From Polyangiales bacterium (GTDB lineage: Bacteria > Myxococcota_A > Polyangia > Polyangiales > JADJQN01), in assembly GCA_964202905.1 (NCBI GenBank), contig CAXNJO010000008.1, positions 1 to 64,000 on the forward strand: a stretch of DNA of 64,000 nt. The letters run 5' to 3'. Positions 9,629-22,808 of this stretch are shown piece by piece. Numbering within the stretch: the stretch's first letter is position 1; every line of letters begins with the position of its first letter. The notes under the pieces are model-generated. The model was not told where the DNA came from. It saw only the letters and a program-made list of their open reading frames with translations, and ran no database searches. Both the position numbers and the translations under genes were made by a program.

Positions 9629-11047
9629 ATGGCGAACAAGAGCTACGACGCGATCATCATCGGCGGCGGCCCCGGCGGCTACCCGGCGGCCATCCGCCTC
9701 GGCCAGCTCAAGCAGAGCGTGCTCGTCGTCGAGAAGGAGTACATGGGCGGCGTCTGCCTCAACTGGGGCTGCATCCCGTCGAAGGCGCTGATCGCCGCGG
9801 CGAACTTCTACGAGAAGGCCCAGCACGGCGCGGGCGCGATGGGCATCACGTTCACCAACGTGGCGATCGACGTGACGAAGCTGCAGGCCTGGAAGCAGGG
9901 CATCGTCGGCAAGCTCACGAGCGGCGTGCGCACGCTCGTGAAGGCGAACGGCGGCGACATCGTGATGGGTACGGGGCGGCTCGTCGGCCCGAACACCGTC
10001 GAGGTCACGCTCGCGGACGGCGGCACCGAGCGCTTCGACGCGAAGAAGGGCGTCGTGATCGCGACGGGCGCGACGCCCATCCAGATCCCGGGGATGGAGC
10101 CCGACGGCGACGTCGTCATCACCGCGCGCGAGGCCGTCAGCCTGCCGGCCGTGCCGAAGACGCTGCTCATCGTCGGCGGCGGCGTGATCGGCCTCGAGCT
10201 CGGCATGGTCTACCAGAAGCTCGGCGCGAAGGTCATCGTCGTCGAGCTCACGGACCAGCTCCTGCCGGGCGTCGACGTCGACCTGGTGAAGGTCGTCGAG
10301 AAGACCTTCGTGAAGGCGGGCGGCGAGGTGCTCTTGAAGACGAAGGCCGCCGGGCTCCGCCGGTCGGCCGGCTCGGCGACCGTGACGCTCGAGCTGCCGG
10401 ATGGCAGCAAGCGCGAGGTCACCGCGGACAAGGTGCTCATGTCGATCGGCTTCAAGCCGAACAGCCGCGACCTCGGCCTCGAGAAGGTCGGTGTTCAAAC
10501 GGACGCGCGCGGGCACATCCTCACGAACGAGCGCTTCGCGACCAACGTGCCGAGCATCTACGCCGTCGGCGACGTGAGCGGCCCGCCGTACCTCGCGCAC
10601 AAGGCGACGAAGGAGGGCGAGGTCTGCGCCGAGATCGTCGCGGGCCACAAGGCCGCACGCGACTGGCGCGCGATGCCCGCCGCGATCTTCACCGAGCCCG
10701 AGGTCGCGACGGTCGGCCTCTCGGAGCGGCAGGTCAAGGAGTCGGGCCGCGAGTACAAGATCGGCAAGTTCCCGTTCGCGGCGCTCGGGCGCGCGATGGC
10801 GGTGAGCGCGACGGACGGCTTCATCAAGGTCATCGTCGACAAGAAGACGAACGAGATCCTCGGCATGGGCATCGTGGGCCCCGAGGCCGCGGACCTCATC
10901 AGCGAGGGCGCGCTCGCCATCGAGATGGCGGCGTTCGCGGAGGACGTCGCGCTCACCGTGCATCCGCATCCGACGCTCGGTGAGGGCGTGATGGAGGCGT
11001 TCAAGCACGCGCTCGGTGAGGCCATCCACATCGCCAACAAGAACTGA
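9629..11047 (+). CDS. lpdA: Dihydrolipoyl dehydrogenase (E3)
   Basis: GGGPGGY, GGVCLNWGCIPSK redox disulfide, GGGVIGLE, HPHPTLGE. Confidence 0.96.
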   Translation: MANKSYDAIIIGGGPGGYPAAIRLGQLKQSVLVVEKEYMGGVCLNWGCIPSKALIAAANFYEKAQHGAGAMGITFTNVAIDVTKLQAWKQGIVGKLTSGVRTLVKANGGDIVMGTGRLVGPNTVEVTLADGGTERFDAKKGVVIATGATPIQIPGMEPDGDVVITAREAVSLPAVPKTLLIVGGGVIGLELGMVYQKLGAKVIVVELTDQLLPGVDVDLVKVVEKTFVKAGGEVLLKTKAAGLRRSAGSATVTLELPDGSKREVTADKVLMSIGFKPNSRDLGLEKVGVQTDARGHILTNERFATNVPSIYAVGDVSGPPYLAHKATKEGEVCAEIVAGHKAARDWRAMPAAIFTEPEVATVGLSERQVKESGREYKIGKFPFAALGRAMAVSATDGFIKVIVDKKTNEILGMGIVGPEAADLISEGALAIEMAAFAEDVALTVHPHPTLGEGVMEAFKHALGEAIHIANKN

Positions 11048-11051
11048 CGCG

Positions 11052-11556
11052 ATGCGCGCGGTCGCCACGCAGATCGAGTATTGCGAGTCGCGCGCCGACG
11101 GCGCCGCGGGCGGCGATCTCGTCCGGCCGTATCGCCGCCTGCTCGTCCACGGCTCGTTCATCGTGCTGGCCACCGAGGTCCTCGAGGGCGGCGAGCGCCC
11201 CGTGGCGTCGGGGCTGCTGAAGGACGAGGCCGCGACGTTGCTCGCATCGCTCGTGCGTGCCGCGCGCTGGGAGGGCTTCACGCCCGGCGCCGCGGAGCGC
11301 AGTCAGGTCGCGACGTTGACCTTCGACGACCACCCGACCGAGCGCGTGACCCTGCGCTTCGAGCCCGTGACGGGGATCGACGGCGTCGTCGAGCGCACGG
11401 GCATCGAGGGCTACGCCGCGACGATGGTGGGCGCGCTCGGCTCGCTGCTCGACGTGGCCTTCGCGCGCGGCACCAAGGGCATCCAGGGCTGGACGGCGCC
11501 GCGCGCTCGACGGGCCCCGCGACACGATCCCGTCGCCGCCGCCCGAGGGCGCGTAG
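11052..11556 (+). CDS. Hypothetical protein (apparent frameshift near 11500)
   Basis: GC3-biased ORF between lpdA and lipB. A shifted frame gives a natural C-terminus ALDGPRDTIPSPPPEGA* at TAG 11554-11556. Confidence 0.55.
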
Positions 11557-11596
11557 CCGCGGCGCGGGCCCGGCGCGGATCGGAGCAGCGGCGCCC

Positions 11597-12336
<740 letters not shown>

Positions 12337-12340
<4 letters not shown>

Positions 12341-12960
12341 CGCCCCGTGGAGAGCGCGCCATCACGGGCCTGGCGCCGGGTTCACGACGCGTCGGACGTC
12401 GGGCGGGCACCGCGGACACGGGCGTGAGGCGGGGGCGCCTCGCGGACCGCTGGCGCACGTTCACCGCGCACACGGCGCGCAGGCTCTTCGGTGCCGGCCT
12501 CGCCGCCCTGCTCGCGGCGTGCGCGCCTGCGCCGTCGGACGAGACGCCGCTCGGCGCGCTGCGCATGTTTCTCCGCGCCATGGAGCGCTCGGGCAGCGAC
12601 TCGACCGCGCTCGAAGAGGCGTACGGGCTCCTCGACGCGGGCGCGCGCACGGCGCTCGAGCAGCGGGCGCGCGACGCGAGCGCGCTCGCCAACGGGCGCG
12701 AGTTCGCGCCGTGGGAGATGCTCGCGCAGGGCCGATACCGCGTGCGTTTCGCGTACGCCGAGTACGGCGCGATGCGCGAGTCCGTCGACGGCGAGCGCGC
12801 GACCGTGACCGTCGTCGGCACCGATCGCGCGAGCCACGCCGAGGTGCCGCTCGTGCGCGAAGAGGGGCGTTGGCGCGTCGTGTTGCACGTCCCGCCGCCG
12901 CCCCCGGCTGCCCCCGCGCCCGCGGAAGCGCCGCCCACGGAAGCGCCGCCCGCGCCTTGA
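12337..12960 (+). CDS. Hypothetical lipoprotein (start uncertain)
   Basis: Lipobox LLAAC, TPLGALRMFLRAMER, LVREEGRWRV and a Pro-rich tail. GTGA overlap with lipB. Confidence 0.65.
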
Positions 12961-13012
12961 GCGGGCCGTCGCACGACGCCCGCGCGACGCCGCGATGGCC
13001 ATGTCCAGCGCG

Positions 13013-14410
13013 CTACGCCGCGACGAGCACCACGCGCGTGATCTCCGGCGGCGATCCGACGCGTGAGGGCGGCCCGGCCGTGCCGAAGCCGCGGTTCACG
13101 TAGAGCTGTGCGTCGCCGCGCGTGTAGAGGCCCGCGACGTAGCCGAAGGGGAGCACGAGCCCGGTGAGCGCGTCGCCGACGTTGATCTGGCCGCCGTGCG
13201 TGTGTCCGCTCAGCTGGAGCGCGACCCGATCCGCCGCCTCCGGGAAGAAGGCCGGGTTGTGGCAGAGCAGCACGCGCGGCAGGTCGCGCGGGACGGTCGC
13301 GAGCGCGCGTGACAGGTCGGGACCGCCGCCCGCGCGGCGCATCCAGACGTCGTCCACGCCGAGCAGCGCGAAACCGCCGCCCGCGTCCCCGACGACGCGC
13401 CCCTGGTTGACGAGCACCGACGCGCCCGCGCGCCGGGCGGTGTCGAGGACGACGTCCACGCCGGCGTAGTGATCGTGGTTGCCCGGGATGACGGCGATGC
13501 CGTGCCGCGCGGCGCCGCGGAGGCGCTCGAGGAGCTGCCCGAGGAAGGGCGCGCAGGCCGGGTCGTGGTCGAGCAGATCGCCCGTGAGCACGACGAGATC
13601 GGGACGCGCGCGGCGGATCAGCTCGGCCGCGGCGCGCACCTCGTCGTCGCGCACGTACAGACCGAAATGGATGTCGCTGATCTGCACGATCGTGAAGCCG
13701 TCGAGCGTCCGTGGGAGACCCGCGATGCGCACCGGCACCGTCTCGACGCGGATGTCGCGGCGGCCGAAGAGGGCGCCGTAGGCCGCGCTGCCGCCCCCGA
13801 GCAGGAGCGCGCTCCCCGTCGCCGCGCGCTCGAGGAAGGCGCGACGCAGCAGCGGCTGCGACAGCGGCCCACCCAACGTCGGCTCGCCAACGGACAGGTC
13901 GCCGAGCGAGGCGGACAGCGCGCCGGCGTCGGGTGCGAGGCTCGCCGTGCCGCTCGCGAGCGCGCCGAGCTCGAGGGCCTCGCTGGTCTCCGCGGGCGCA
14001 GCCCCGTCCGGCGCGCGGGGCGTCGCCTCGAGCGCCTCTCGCCCCGCGCCTCCGCTCGTTCCGATCGCGGCGCGACGCCGGGCGCGTCGGGCGCGCACCC
14101 GCTCCGCGATCATGAGCGGCGCGCGGGCGATGCCGAGCAGCACGAGCAGCCCGAACGACAGCAGCAGCCCCAGCCAGACGACCCCCGCGCCGAGGCCGAG
14201 CCACGCGGCCGCGCGGGCGCCGACCCAGCCAGCGCCGAAGCGCGAGATCGGCGTCGCGACCGCCGCGGCGACGAGCGCACCGACGAGTGCGCGCCGCGCG
14301 ACCGCGCCGAGGGCGAAGGCATGCACGGCCTGGCGGTAGACGAACACCGCGATGAGCGCGAGGACCGAGAGCGCCACCGCGAAGAAGATCACGAGGCTCG
14401 TCGCTGACAC
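13013..14410 (-). CDS. Membrane-anchored metallophosphoesterase (YkuE/YaeI-like)
   Basis: N-terminal TM helices, then SDIH, TGD, GNHD, HNP, SGHTHGGQ, NRGFG and PPEI. Confidence 0.9.
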   Translation of the reverse strand: MSATSLVIFFAVALSVLALIAVFVYRQAVHAFALGAVARRALVGALVAAAVATPISRFGAGWVGARAAAWLGLGAGVVWLGLLLSFGLLVLLGIARAPLMIAERVRARRARRRAAIGTSGGAGREALEATPRAPDGAAPAETSEALELGALASGTASLAPDAGALSASLGDLSVGEPTLGGPLSQPLLRRAFLERAATGSALLLGGGSAAYGALFGRRDIRVETVPVRIAGLPRTLDGFTIVQISDIHFGLYVRDDEVRAAAELIRRARPDLVVLTGDLLDHDPACAPFLGQLLERLRGAARHGIAVIPGNHDHYAGVDVVLDTARRAGASVLVNQGRVVGDAGGGFALLGVDDVWMRRAGGGPDLSRALATVPRDLPRVLLCHNPAFFPEAADRVALQLSGHTHGGQINVGDALTGLVLPFGYVAGLYTRGDAQLYVNRGFGTAGPPSRVGSPPEITRVVLVAA

Positions 14411-14480
14411 GACGTCATCATGGGGTCGCGCGATGCCGCCGGCCACGCGCCGCGCGGTCGGTGCGCGCGATCGTCGGAGC

Positions 14481-16438
14481 TCAAACGATCGGGGCGGCTG
14501 CGTCGGGCACGTCGCCGAGGCGCCCGAGCACGGCCGCCAGATCGGCGGCGAGCGGGGCCTCGAGCCGCAGCGGCACGCCCGTGTGCGGGTGCGTGAGCGC
14601 GATCGACGCGCAGTGCAGAAACGGCCGATCGAGCCCGAATTTCTCGGAGAAATGGCGGTTCGAGGGCGCGTGCCCGTAGCGCGCGTCTCCGACGACGGGG
14701 TGGCCGAGCGCCGCGAGGTGGCGGCGGATCTGGTGCGTGCGTCCCTCCTCGGGGCGGGCCTCGACGAGCGCGTGTCCGCGCAGCACCGCGGTGCGCCGGT
14801 AGCGCGTCCGCGCCGGGCGGAGGACTCCGTCGTCGGGCAGCGCGCGGGCGATCTGCCCCTTCGCGCGGATCACGCCGCGCACCAGCGCGACGTAGCGCTT
14901 CTCGGCGTCCGCGGCGCCGAGCGCACGCTGCCAAGGCGCCACGTCCTCCGGGCGCCGCGCGAAGAGGCACACGCCGCTCGTGCCCGCGTCGAGGCGGTGC
15001 ACGGGCACCGCGCGCGCGCAGCCCGGCAGGCGCCGCACCCGCGCGAGCAGCGAGCCCGCGTGCTCGCCCTGCGGGGTCGTCGGCTCGTACGGGGCCTTCT
15101 CGACGGCGACGAGGGTTTCGTCGGCGAAGACCACGCGCGGGAGCGGGGGCAGGGCGCGATGCAGCACCGCGAGCGTCTCGACCTCGTCGGTGAGCGGGAT
15201 CATGTCCCACGGGCGCGCGCGCTCGGTCGCGTAGCCGAGCCGCGCGAGGTGCGCGAGATCGCGCGCGAGGGTCTCCGGGTCGCACGACACGTAGACGACG
15301 ACGCTCGGCGCGAGCGCAGCGACCGCGGCGCGCACCTCGGGCGCGCAGCCGCGCCGCGGCGGGTTCACGACGACGGCGTCCACGCGCGCCGCGGTCGCCG
15401 CGAGGTCGCCGGCGACGAGCGCCGCGTCCCCCGCGATCGCGTGCAGCGCGTCGAGCCCCTGCGCGCGCGCGGCGGCGGCGGTGTGCGCGACCGCGGGCGC
15501 GTAGGACTCGACGCAGAGCACCCGCGCGCCGCGCTCGGCGAGCGCGAGACCGAGCGCGCCCGACCCGGCGTAGAGGTCCACCACGCGTGCGTCGTCGACG
15601 TCGCCGAGCGCGTCGAAGAGCGCGGCCTGCACGGCCTCGTGGAGCCGCGCGGCCTGCCCGCGGTGCGCCTGCACGAAGGCGCCGTGCGCCGCGAGCTGGT
15701 ACGCGCGCCCCGCGCCCACGCGATCCGGCAGCGCGGCCTCACCCGCGTGCACGCGCAACCCGGTCCCGAGGAGCTGCGGCGAGCCCGCCCGGACGAGGCT
15801 GCTCGCGACCGACGCGATGCACGGCTCCCGCGCGACGAGCCGCTCGGCGAGGATGTCGAGGGCCTCCGTCGCCGGCGCGCGCCCGTCACGCAGGATGAGC
15901 GTGACCATCGCGTGGGATGGTGCCCTGTCGGACGCACCGACGACCTCGCGCACGTCGACGGCCGTCAGCGCGCCGCCGTCGGCCTCCGTGCGGAGCGCGC
16001 CCTCCGCGACGAGCGCGCGCACGGCCGCGACGCCCCGCGCGACGACCGGCGCGAGCACGCGACATTGCGGCAGATCGAGCGTGAGGTGCGCGCCGCCCTG
16101 CGCATAGAGCCCGATGGCGCCGTCCGGGCCCGTGACGAACTTCGCCCGCGTGCGGTAGGCCTCGAGCGACGCGGCGCCTTCCACGTCCGTGATGTCGACC
16201 TGCGCGAGCTCGCCGTACCGCGCGAAGGCCGCTGCGACGCGCGCACGCTTGGCCTCGCGTTGCGCGCCATAGGGCTCGCCGAGCCGCGTGCAGCCGCCGC
16301 AGACGGGCGCGCCCTGCGTCGACGGATCGGTGCCGCGCGGCGCACCGTGCGCGCAATGAACACGCCGCGCATCGCCTGCAAGAACAGGCGCCTGCGCGGC
16401 GTGAGGAAGCGAGCGGGGAGGGGGCTGCTGGCCCGCGG

Positions 16439-16442
<4 letters not shown>
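14481..16442 (-). CDS. Fusion of RlmC/RlmD-type RNA m5U methyltransferase and RluA-type pseudouridine synthase
   Basis: N-terminal part: C…CGGC…C Fe-S motif, [29 protein letters not shown]-terminal part: [31 protein letters not shown]. One continuous frame. GTG start overlaps the thiolase stop. Confidence 0.88.
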
Positions 16443-17603
<1,161 letters not shown>

Positions 17604-17700
17604 GCGCGCTGACTCCTTGTGCCGCACCGGCTCTGCGCCGCGCGGGGTGCGCATTCGTACCCCTCGCGGACCGTCCGCACAACGGGCAAACTCGCGGCCG

Positions 17701-18963
17701 ATGCGCGGGCCGCTCGACGTGGGTGTGGTGGGCTGTGGCTATGCGGGCGGCGCTGCCGCGCTCGCGCTCGCGCGGGCCGGGCACCGCGTCACCGTCTACG
17801 AGGCGGTCGAGACGCCGGGGCCGGTCGGCGCCGGCATCGTCCTGCAACCGACGGGGCTCGCGGCGCTCGCGCGGCTCGGGCTCGACGCGGCCGTGATCGC
17901 GCGGGGCTCGCCGCTCATGGGTCTGCACTGCCGCACGCCGCGCGACCGCACCGTGCTCGATCTCGCGTATGCGGATCTCGCCCCCGGCCTCTTCGGACTC
18001 GGGCTGCACCGGGGCGCGCTCTTCGAGATCCTCTACGACGCCGTGCGCGCCGAGGGCATCACGGTGCACTGCGGCATCGCGTGCGAGGGCCTCACGCAGC
18101 CCGAGCACGGGAAGCGCGCGATCGTCGACACCGCGGGCCGCACGCACGGCCCGCACGATCTCGTCGTCGTCGCGGACGGCGCGCGCTCCTCGCTCCGCGA
18201 CGATGCCAGTCTGACGCGTCGCGTCAGGGCCTATCCCTATGGCGCGCTCTGGTATGTCGGGGAGTCGCCGGAGGGCCTCGCGGACGACGCGCTCATGCAG
18301 ACGTGCGAGGGCACGCACACCTTGCTTGGATTGCTGCCCTCCGGGCTCGGCCCGCGCCCCGCCGCGGGCGAGGCCGAGCGCCGTCTCGTCACGCTCTTCT
18401 GGAGCGTGCGCGTCGACGCCGCTGAAGCGCTCAAAAACAGAGGGCTCGAGGCGTTTCGCCGTGAGGCGGTGCGCGTCGATCGGCGGAGCGCGCCCGTCGT
18501 CGCGCAATTGCGCAGCACGGATGATCTGTTGTTGTCCACGTATCTCGACGTCGTGATGGACGACTGGCACACATCGGGCCTCGTCTATCTCGGGGATGCG
18601 GCGCATGCGATGAGCCCGCAGCTCGGGCAGGGCTGCAATCTCGCGCTGGTCGATGCGATCGTGTTGGCGGACTCCCTCTCTGCCGCCGAGACGCTCGACG
18701 AGGGCCTCTCGCGATACACGCGCTCGCGCCGCGCCCACCTGCGCTTTTATCAGTTCGCCTCGCGCTGGCTGACACCGCTCTTCCAGAGCGATCTGCGCGT
18801 TCTCGGGGCGCCACGCGACTGGCTCATGGGCCTGATGTGCCGTGTTCCGTGGCTGCGCGGGCAGATGCTCCGCAGCATGGCGGGCGTGAAGCGTGGGATT
18901 CTGCGCCCCTCGCTCGCGCTGCCGCCCGCGCCGCGCGTGCTCGCGGCGCCGCGTGAATCCTGA
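17701..18963 (+). CDS. FAD-dependent monooxygenase (UbiH/salicylate hydroxylase-like)
   Basis: VGCGYAG, ADGARS, GDAAHAMSPQLGQGCNLAL. Confidence 0.88.
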   Translation: MRGPLDVGVVGCGYAGGAAALALARAGHRVTVYEAVETPGPVGAGIVLQPTGLAALARLGLDAAVIARGSPLMGLHCRTPRDRTVLDLAYADLAPGLFGLGLHRGALFEILYDAVRAEGITVHCGIACEGLTQPEHGKRAIVDTAGRTHGPHDLVVVADGARSSLRDDASLTRRVRAYPYGALWYVGESPEGLADDALMQTCEGTHTLLGLLPSGLGPRPAAGEAERRLVTLFWSVRVDAAEALKNRGLEAFRREAVRVDRRSAPVVAQLRSTDDLLLSTYLDVVMDDWHTSGLVYLGDAAHAMSPQLGQGCNLALVDAIVLADSLSAAETLDEGLSRYTRSRRAHLRFYQFASRWLTPLFQSDLRVLGAPRDWLMGLMCRVPWLRGQMLRSMAGVKRGILRPSLALPPAPRVLAAPRES

Positions 18964-20250
18964 TCACGCAGGCAGGAACTCACGCTCGATGGCCGCGTAG
19001 TCCACGCTGCAATCGAGGCGCGCGAGCACGCTGTAGAACCCGAACTGCAGACGGTTCATGAAGGCCATGCCCTCGGGCATCGGCGCGAAGTCCGCGCCCT
19101 TCGTGCGGCGCGCGACCTGCGCGGTGTCGACCATGCCGGAGACGAGGCTCGCCGCGTACGGGCGCGTGATGCGATAGGGGGACTCGAACATCGGCGCATA
19201 GGCGCGCTCGACGTAGGCGAGGGCCGCCTCTTCGAACGCGCCGCCGCGCAGGCCGAGCAGGTCGCGCACGCTCGCGCGGAAGCGCGCGTGGTCGCGGTCG
19301 ACGGCGCCGCGGTGCGCGCCGCAGGCGTGGCGGCGGCGCTCTTCGGGCGAGACGACGATGCAGCCGAAGTCGAGGAAGGTGACGCGTCCGTCGTCGTGGA
19401 AGAAGTAGTTGCCCGGGTGCGGATCGGCGTTGAAGCGGCCGCCGATCAGCAGGCCCCGGAACACGAAGCGCCACATCGTCTCGGCCCACGCCGCGCGCTC
19501 GGATTCGGGCGCGGCACACGCCTCCTCGAACGAGCGCCCGCGCACGAGCTCGCTCGTGAGCACGCGCGGCCCCGAGCGCGCCGCGACCACGCGCGGCACG
19601 TGGATGCGCGGGTCGGCAGCGTGGTAGTCGGCAAACCACTGTTGGTGCGCCGCCTCGCTGCGATAATCGAGCTCCGCGCGGAAGGTGCGTTGGATTTCGT
19701 CGACCACGCGATCGACGCGCAGGTGCCGGCCGAGCAGCATCCCCTGCACGCTGCCGAGCGTCGCCGCGCTCGCGAGGTCGCTCTCGACCGCTTCGGCGAT
19801 GCCGGCGTGCTGCACCTTCACGGCGACCTCGAGGCCGTCGTCCGCGCCTGCGCCGCGCACGACCGCGCGGTGCACCTGCCCGATGGACGCGCTCGCGAGC
19901 GGCCGCTCGTCGAACTCCGAAAACAGCGTCTCGAGCGGCGCGCCGAGGTCGGCCTCGAGCGTCGCGCGGACCTCCGAAAACGGGCTCGACGGTGTGGCGT
20001 TGCGGAGCTTCGTGAGCGCCTGCTCGAAGGCTTCGCGCTTGCCCTCGGGCACCACTCCGTCGACGTAGCTCGCCATCTGCCCGGCCTTGGCCGCTAGCCC
20101 GCGCATCTTGCCGAGCACCTCGGCCGTCTGCTTCGCCGCGATCTCGCCGCTCGCGTCGCGCACGAGCCCCACGCCCGCGCGCGCCCCTAGCGAGGCGAGG
20201 GCGGCGAGGCGTGCGAGACGACCGCGCGGGAGCTTCGAATCGTCGCTCAT
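18964..20250 (-). CDS. ABC1/UbiB (AarF) atypical kinase family protein
   Basis: KAGQ, ASASIGQVHRA, VAVKVQH, ELDY, ADPHPGN, FLDFGC. Confidence 0.9.
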   Translation of the reverse strand: MSDDSKLPRGRLARLAALASLGARAGVGLVRDASGEIAAKQTAEVLGKMRGLAAKAGQMASYVDGVVPEGKREAFEQALTKLRNATPSSPFSEVRATLEADLGAPLETLFSEFDERPLASASIGQVHRAVVRGAGADDGLEVAVKVQHAGIAEAVESDLASAATLGSVQGMLLGRHLRVDRVVDEIQRTFRAELDYRSEAAHQQWFADYHAADPRIHVPRVVAARSGPRVLTSELVRGRSFEEACAAPESERAAWAETMWRFVFRGLLIGGRFNADPHPGNYFFHDDGRVTFLDFGCIVVSPEERRRHACGAHRGAVDRDHARFRASVRDLLGLRGGAFEEAALAYVERAYAPMFESPYRITRPYAASLVSGMVDTAQVARRTKGADFAPMPEGMAFMNRLQFGFYSVLARLDCSVDYAAIEREFLPA

Positions 20251-20269
20251 GCGCGGAGGATGGCTGCGC

Positions 20270-22657
20270 CTAGTTCCGCAGCGGCTTGTTGTTCATGAGC
20301 ATGAACTGCATGCGCTCCTGGCTCTTCGGCTCGCCGCAGAGGGAGAGGAAGGCCTCGCGCTCGAGGTCGAGCATCTCGTCCTCGCTGACCTCCTTGGAGG
20401 CGCCGCTCGCGCCGCCGCAGAGGACGTTCGCGAGCTTGCGGGCGATCAGCGCGTCGTGCTCGGACGCGTAGCCGCCCGCGACGAGCGTGTCGACCATCAT
20501 CGACAGCGTGGCGACGCCGCTCTCGCCGGGGAGTTTGAACGCGCGCGGGATGGGCGCGTGGTGGCCCGCCTCGGCAAGACCGATGGCGCGGTGCTTGGCG
20601 TGGTGGAGCTGCTGCGCGCGGTCGAAGGAGACGCCGTCCGACTTGCGGAAGAAGCCGAGCTCCTGCGCCTCGTGCGCGCTCGTCGCGACCTTCGCGAGCG
20701 CGATGCTCTTGAAGACCTGCGTGACGAGGTCGTAGGTGTTGACCGTCGCGCCCTCGGGCTGCGCGTCGAGCGCGCGCCAGAGCATGTTGAGCGTGCCCGC
20801 GCCGCCGGGGATCAGGCCCACGCCGACCTCGACGAGGCCCGAGTACGTCTCGGCCGCGGCCTGCACCGCCGTCGCGCCGTAGCAGAGCTCGAGCCCGCCA
20901 CCGAGCGTCATGCCGTAGGGCGCGGCGACGACGGGCACCGCGGCGTACTTCATGCGCTGCGTCGCGTACTGATAGCCGCGGATCATCTGCGCGAGCTGGT
21001 CCCACTGCTTCTGGCCCGCGGCCATCACGACGCCGAAGAGGTTGGCGCCGACGCAGAAGTGCTCACCCGTGTTCGCGATGACGAGCGCGCGGAAGTCGCT
21101 CTCGGCGCGCTCGACGACGTCGTAGATCCCCTGGATGACGTCGGGATCGATGGAGTTCGCCTTCGTCTTGAAGGTGAGGCCGAGCACGCCGTCGCCGAGG
21201 TCGAAGGCCTCGACGCCCGGGTTCGAGAAGACCGGCGTCTTGGTGCCGCCAGCGCCGAGCGCGCGGGCCTCCGTGAGCGTGAGCGTGCGGGGCGCGCGCA
21301 GCCGCGGGACGTAGGCGTTGCGCGTGAGATCCCAGACGCTGCCGTCCTCGCGGTAGAAGCCCTCGGCGCCGGCGGCGAGCATCGCGTCGATGGCGGCGGG
21401 GAGCGCGATGCCCTCGGCCTTCATGCGCTCGGTCGTCGCGCGGAAGCCGAGCGCGTCCCACGTCTCGAAGGGACCGAGCTCCCAGTTGTAGCCCCAGCGC
21501 ATCGCGTCATCGATCGCGACCACCGAGTCGGCGATCTCCGGGATGCGCCGCGCCGAATACGCGAGCGACGCGGAGATCGCGCGCCACGCGAACGTGCCGA
21601 CCTTGCCATCCGCCGCGACGAGCTTGCGCACGCGCTCGCGGACGTCTTCGATCTTCGAGAGCGACTTGGTCGCCTTCGTGATGGCCTCGTCGCCGCCCTT
21701 CGCGCGGTAGGCGAGCGACTGCGGGTCGAGCGTCTGGATGTCCTTGCCGACCTTCTTGTAGAAGCCGCCCTTCGTCTTGTCGCCGAGGAGCTTCTGCCCG
21801 ACCATCGCGCGGATGAACGCGGGGATGGCGAAGACCGCGCGGTCCTCGTCGTCGGTGAGCGCCGCGTAGCAGTTGTCGGCGACGTGCACGAGCGTGTCGA
21901 GGCCGACCATGTCCGCGGTGCGGAAGGACGCGCTCTTCGGGTGGCCCATCGGCACGCCCGTGAGGTTGTCGACGTCCTCGGGCGAAAGGCCCATCTCGAG
22001 CATCAGGTGGATGCCGCCGAGCATCGCGTGCGTGCCGATGCGGTTGCCGACGAAGTTCGGCGTGTCCTTGCCGTAGACGATGCCCTTGCCGAGCTGGTTC
22101 GCGCCGAAGTCGGCGATGCGCCGCACCGTCGCCGGATCCGTCTCGGGGCCCGCGACGAGCTCGAGGAGCTTCATGTAGCGGACGGGGTTGAAGAAGTGCA
22201 TCACGAGGAAGTTCTTGCGGAAGCCCTCGCTGCGGCCCTGCACCATGTCGTGGATGCGCAGGCCCGAGGTGTTCGACGCGACGATGCAGTGCGCGGGCAC
22301 GAGGCCGTCGAGCTTCGCGAAGAGCGCCTGCTTGATGTCGAGCCGCTCGACGATGGCCTCGACGACGAGGTCGCAGCCCGCGAGCAGCGCGAGGTCGTCC
22401 TCGAGGTTGCCCGTGCGCACGAGGCGCGCCGCGCCCTTGTGCATGAAGAGCGCGGGCCTGTTCTTGAGCGCCTTGTCGAGGCCACCCACCGCGAACGCGC
22501 TGCGCGCCGCGTGGCTCTGCGTGGCCGCGTCCGCGAGGTTCGGCGGGACGATGTCGAGCAGCACCGCCTCGACGCCCGCGCTCGCGAGGTGCGCGGCGAT
22601 GCCGCTGCCCATCACGCCCGCACCGATCACGCCCACACGCCGAATCGCCTTCGCCAT
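20270..22657 (-). CDS. fadN: 3-hydroxyacyl-CoA dehydrogenase/enoyl-CoA hydratase (FadN-type)
   Basis: GAGVMGSGIA, SNTSG, HFFNPVRYMKLLE, KDTPNFVGNRIG, C-terminal crotonase domain and KPLRN end. AAGGA RBS upstream of the ATG. Confidence 0.92.
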   Translation of the reverse strand: MAKAIRRVGVIGAGVMGSGIAAHLASAGVEAVLLDIVPPNLADAATQSHAARSAFAVGGLDKALKNRPALFMHKGAARLVRTGNLEDDLALLAGCDLVVEAIVERLDIKQALFAKLDGLVPAHCIVASNTSGLRIHDMVQGRSEGFRKNFLVMHFFNPVRYMKLLELVAGPETDPATVRRIADFGANQLGKGIVYGKDTPNFVGNRIGTHAMLGGIHLMLEMGLSPEDVDNLTGVPMGHPKSASFRTADMVGLDTLVHVADNCYAALTDDEDRAVFAIPAFIRAMVGQKLLGDKTKGGFYKKVGKDIQTLDPQSLAYRAKGGDEAITKATKSLSKIEDVRERVRKLVAADGKVGTFAWRAISASLAYSARRIPEIADSVVAIDDAMRWGYNWELGPFETWDALGFRATTERMKAEGIALPAAIDAMLAAGAEGFYREDGSVWDLTRNAYVPRLRAPRTLTLTEARALGAGGTKTPVFSNPGVEAFDLGDGVLGLTFKTKANSIDPDVIQGIYDVVERAESDFRALVIANTGEHFCVGANLFGVVMAAGQKQWDQLAQMIRGYQYATQRMKYAAVPVVAAPYGMTLGGGLELCYGATAVQAAAETYSGLVEVGVGLIPGGAGTLNMLWRALDAQPEGATVNTYDLVTQVFKSIALAKVATSAHEAQELGFFRKSDGVSFDRAQQLHHAKHRAIGLAEAGHHAPIPRAFKLPGESGVATLSMMVDTLVAGGYASEHDALIARKLANVLCGGASGASKEVSEDEMLDLEREAFLSLCGEPKSQERMQFMLMNNKPLRN

Positions 22658-22808
22658 GATCATTCCTTTTCTGGAGGGCCGCGTGGGCCTCACCGTCGAT
22701 GGGCAGAGCCTCGAGGGCGCCCGCTCCGCGCGCGAGGGCGGAGGGGCGCAGTCGTCGTGGAGCGGTCCGGCGGCGCGCCTGGGCCCGTGGGCCGCGCGCG
22801 TGGCGCGC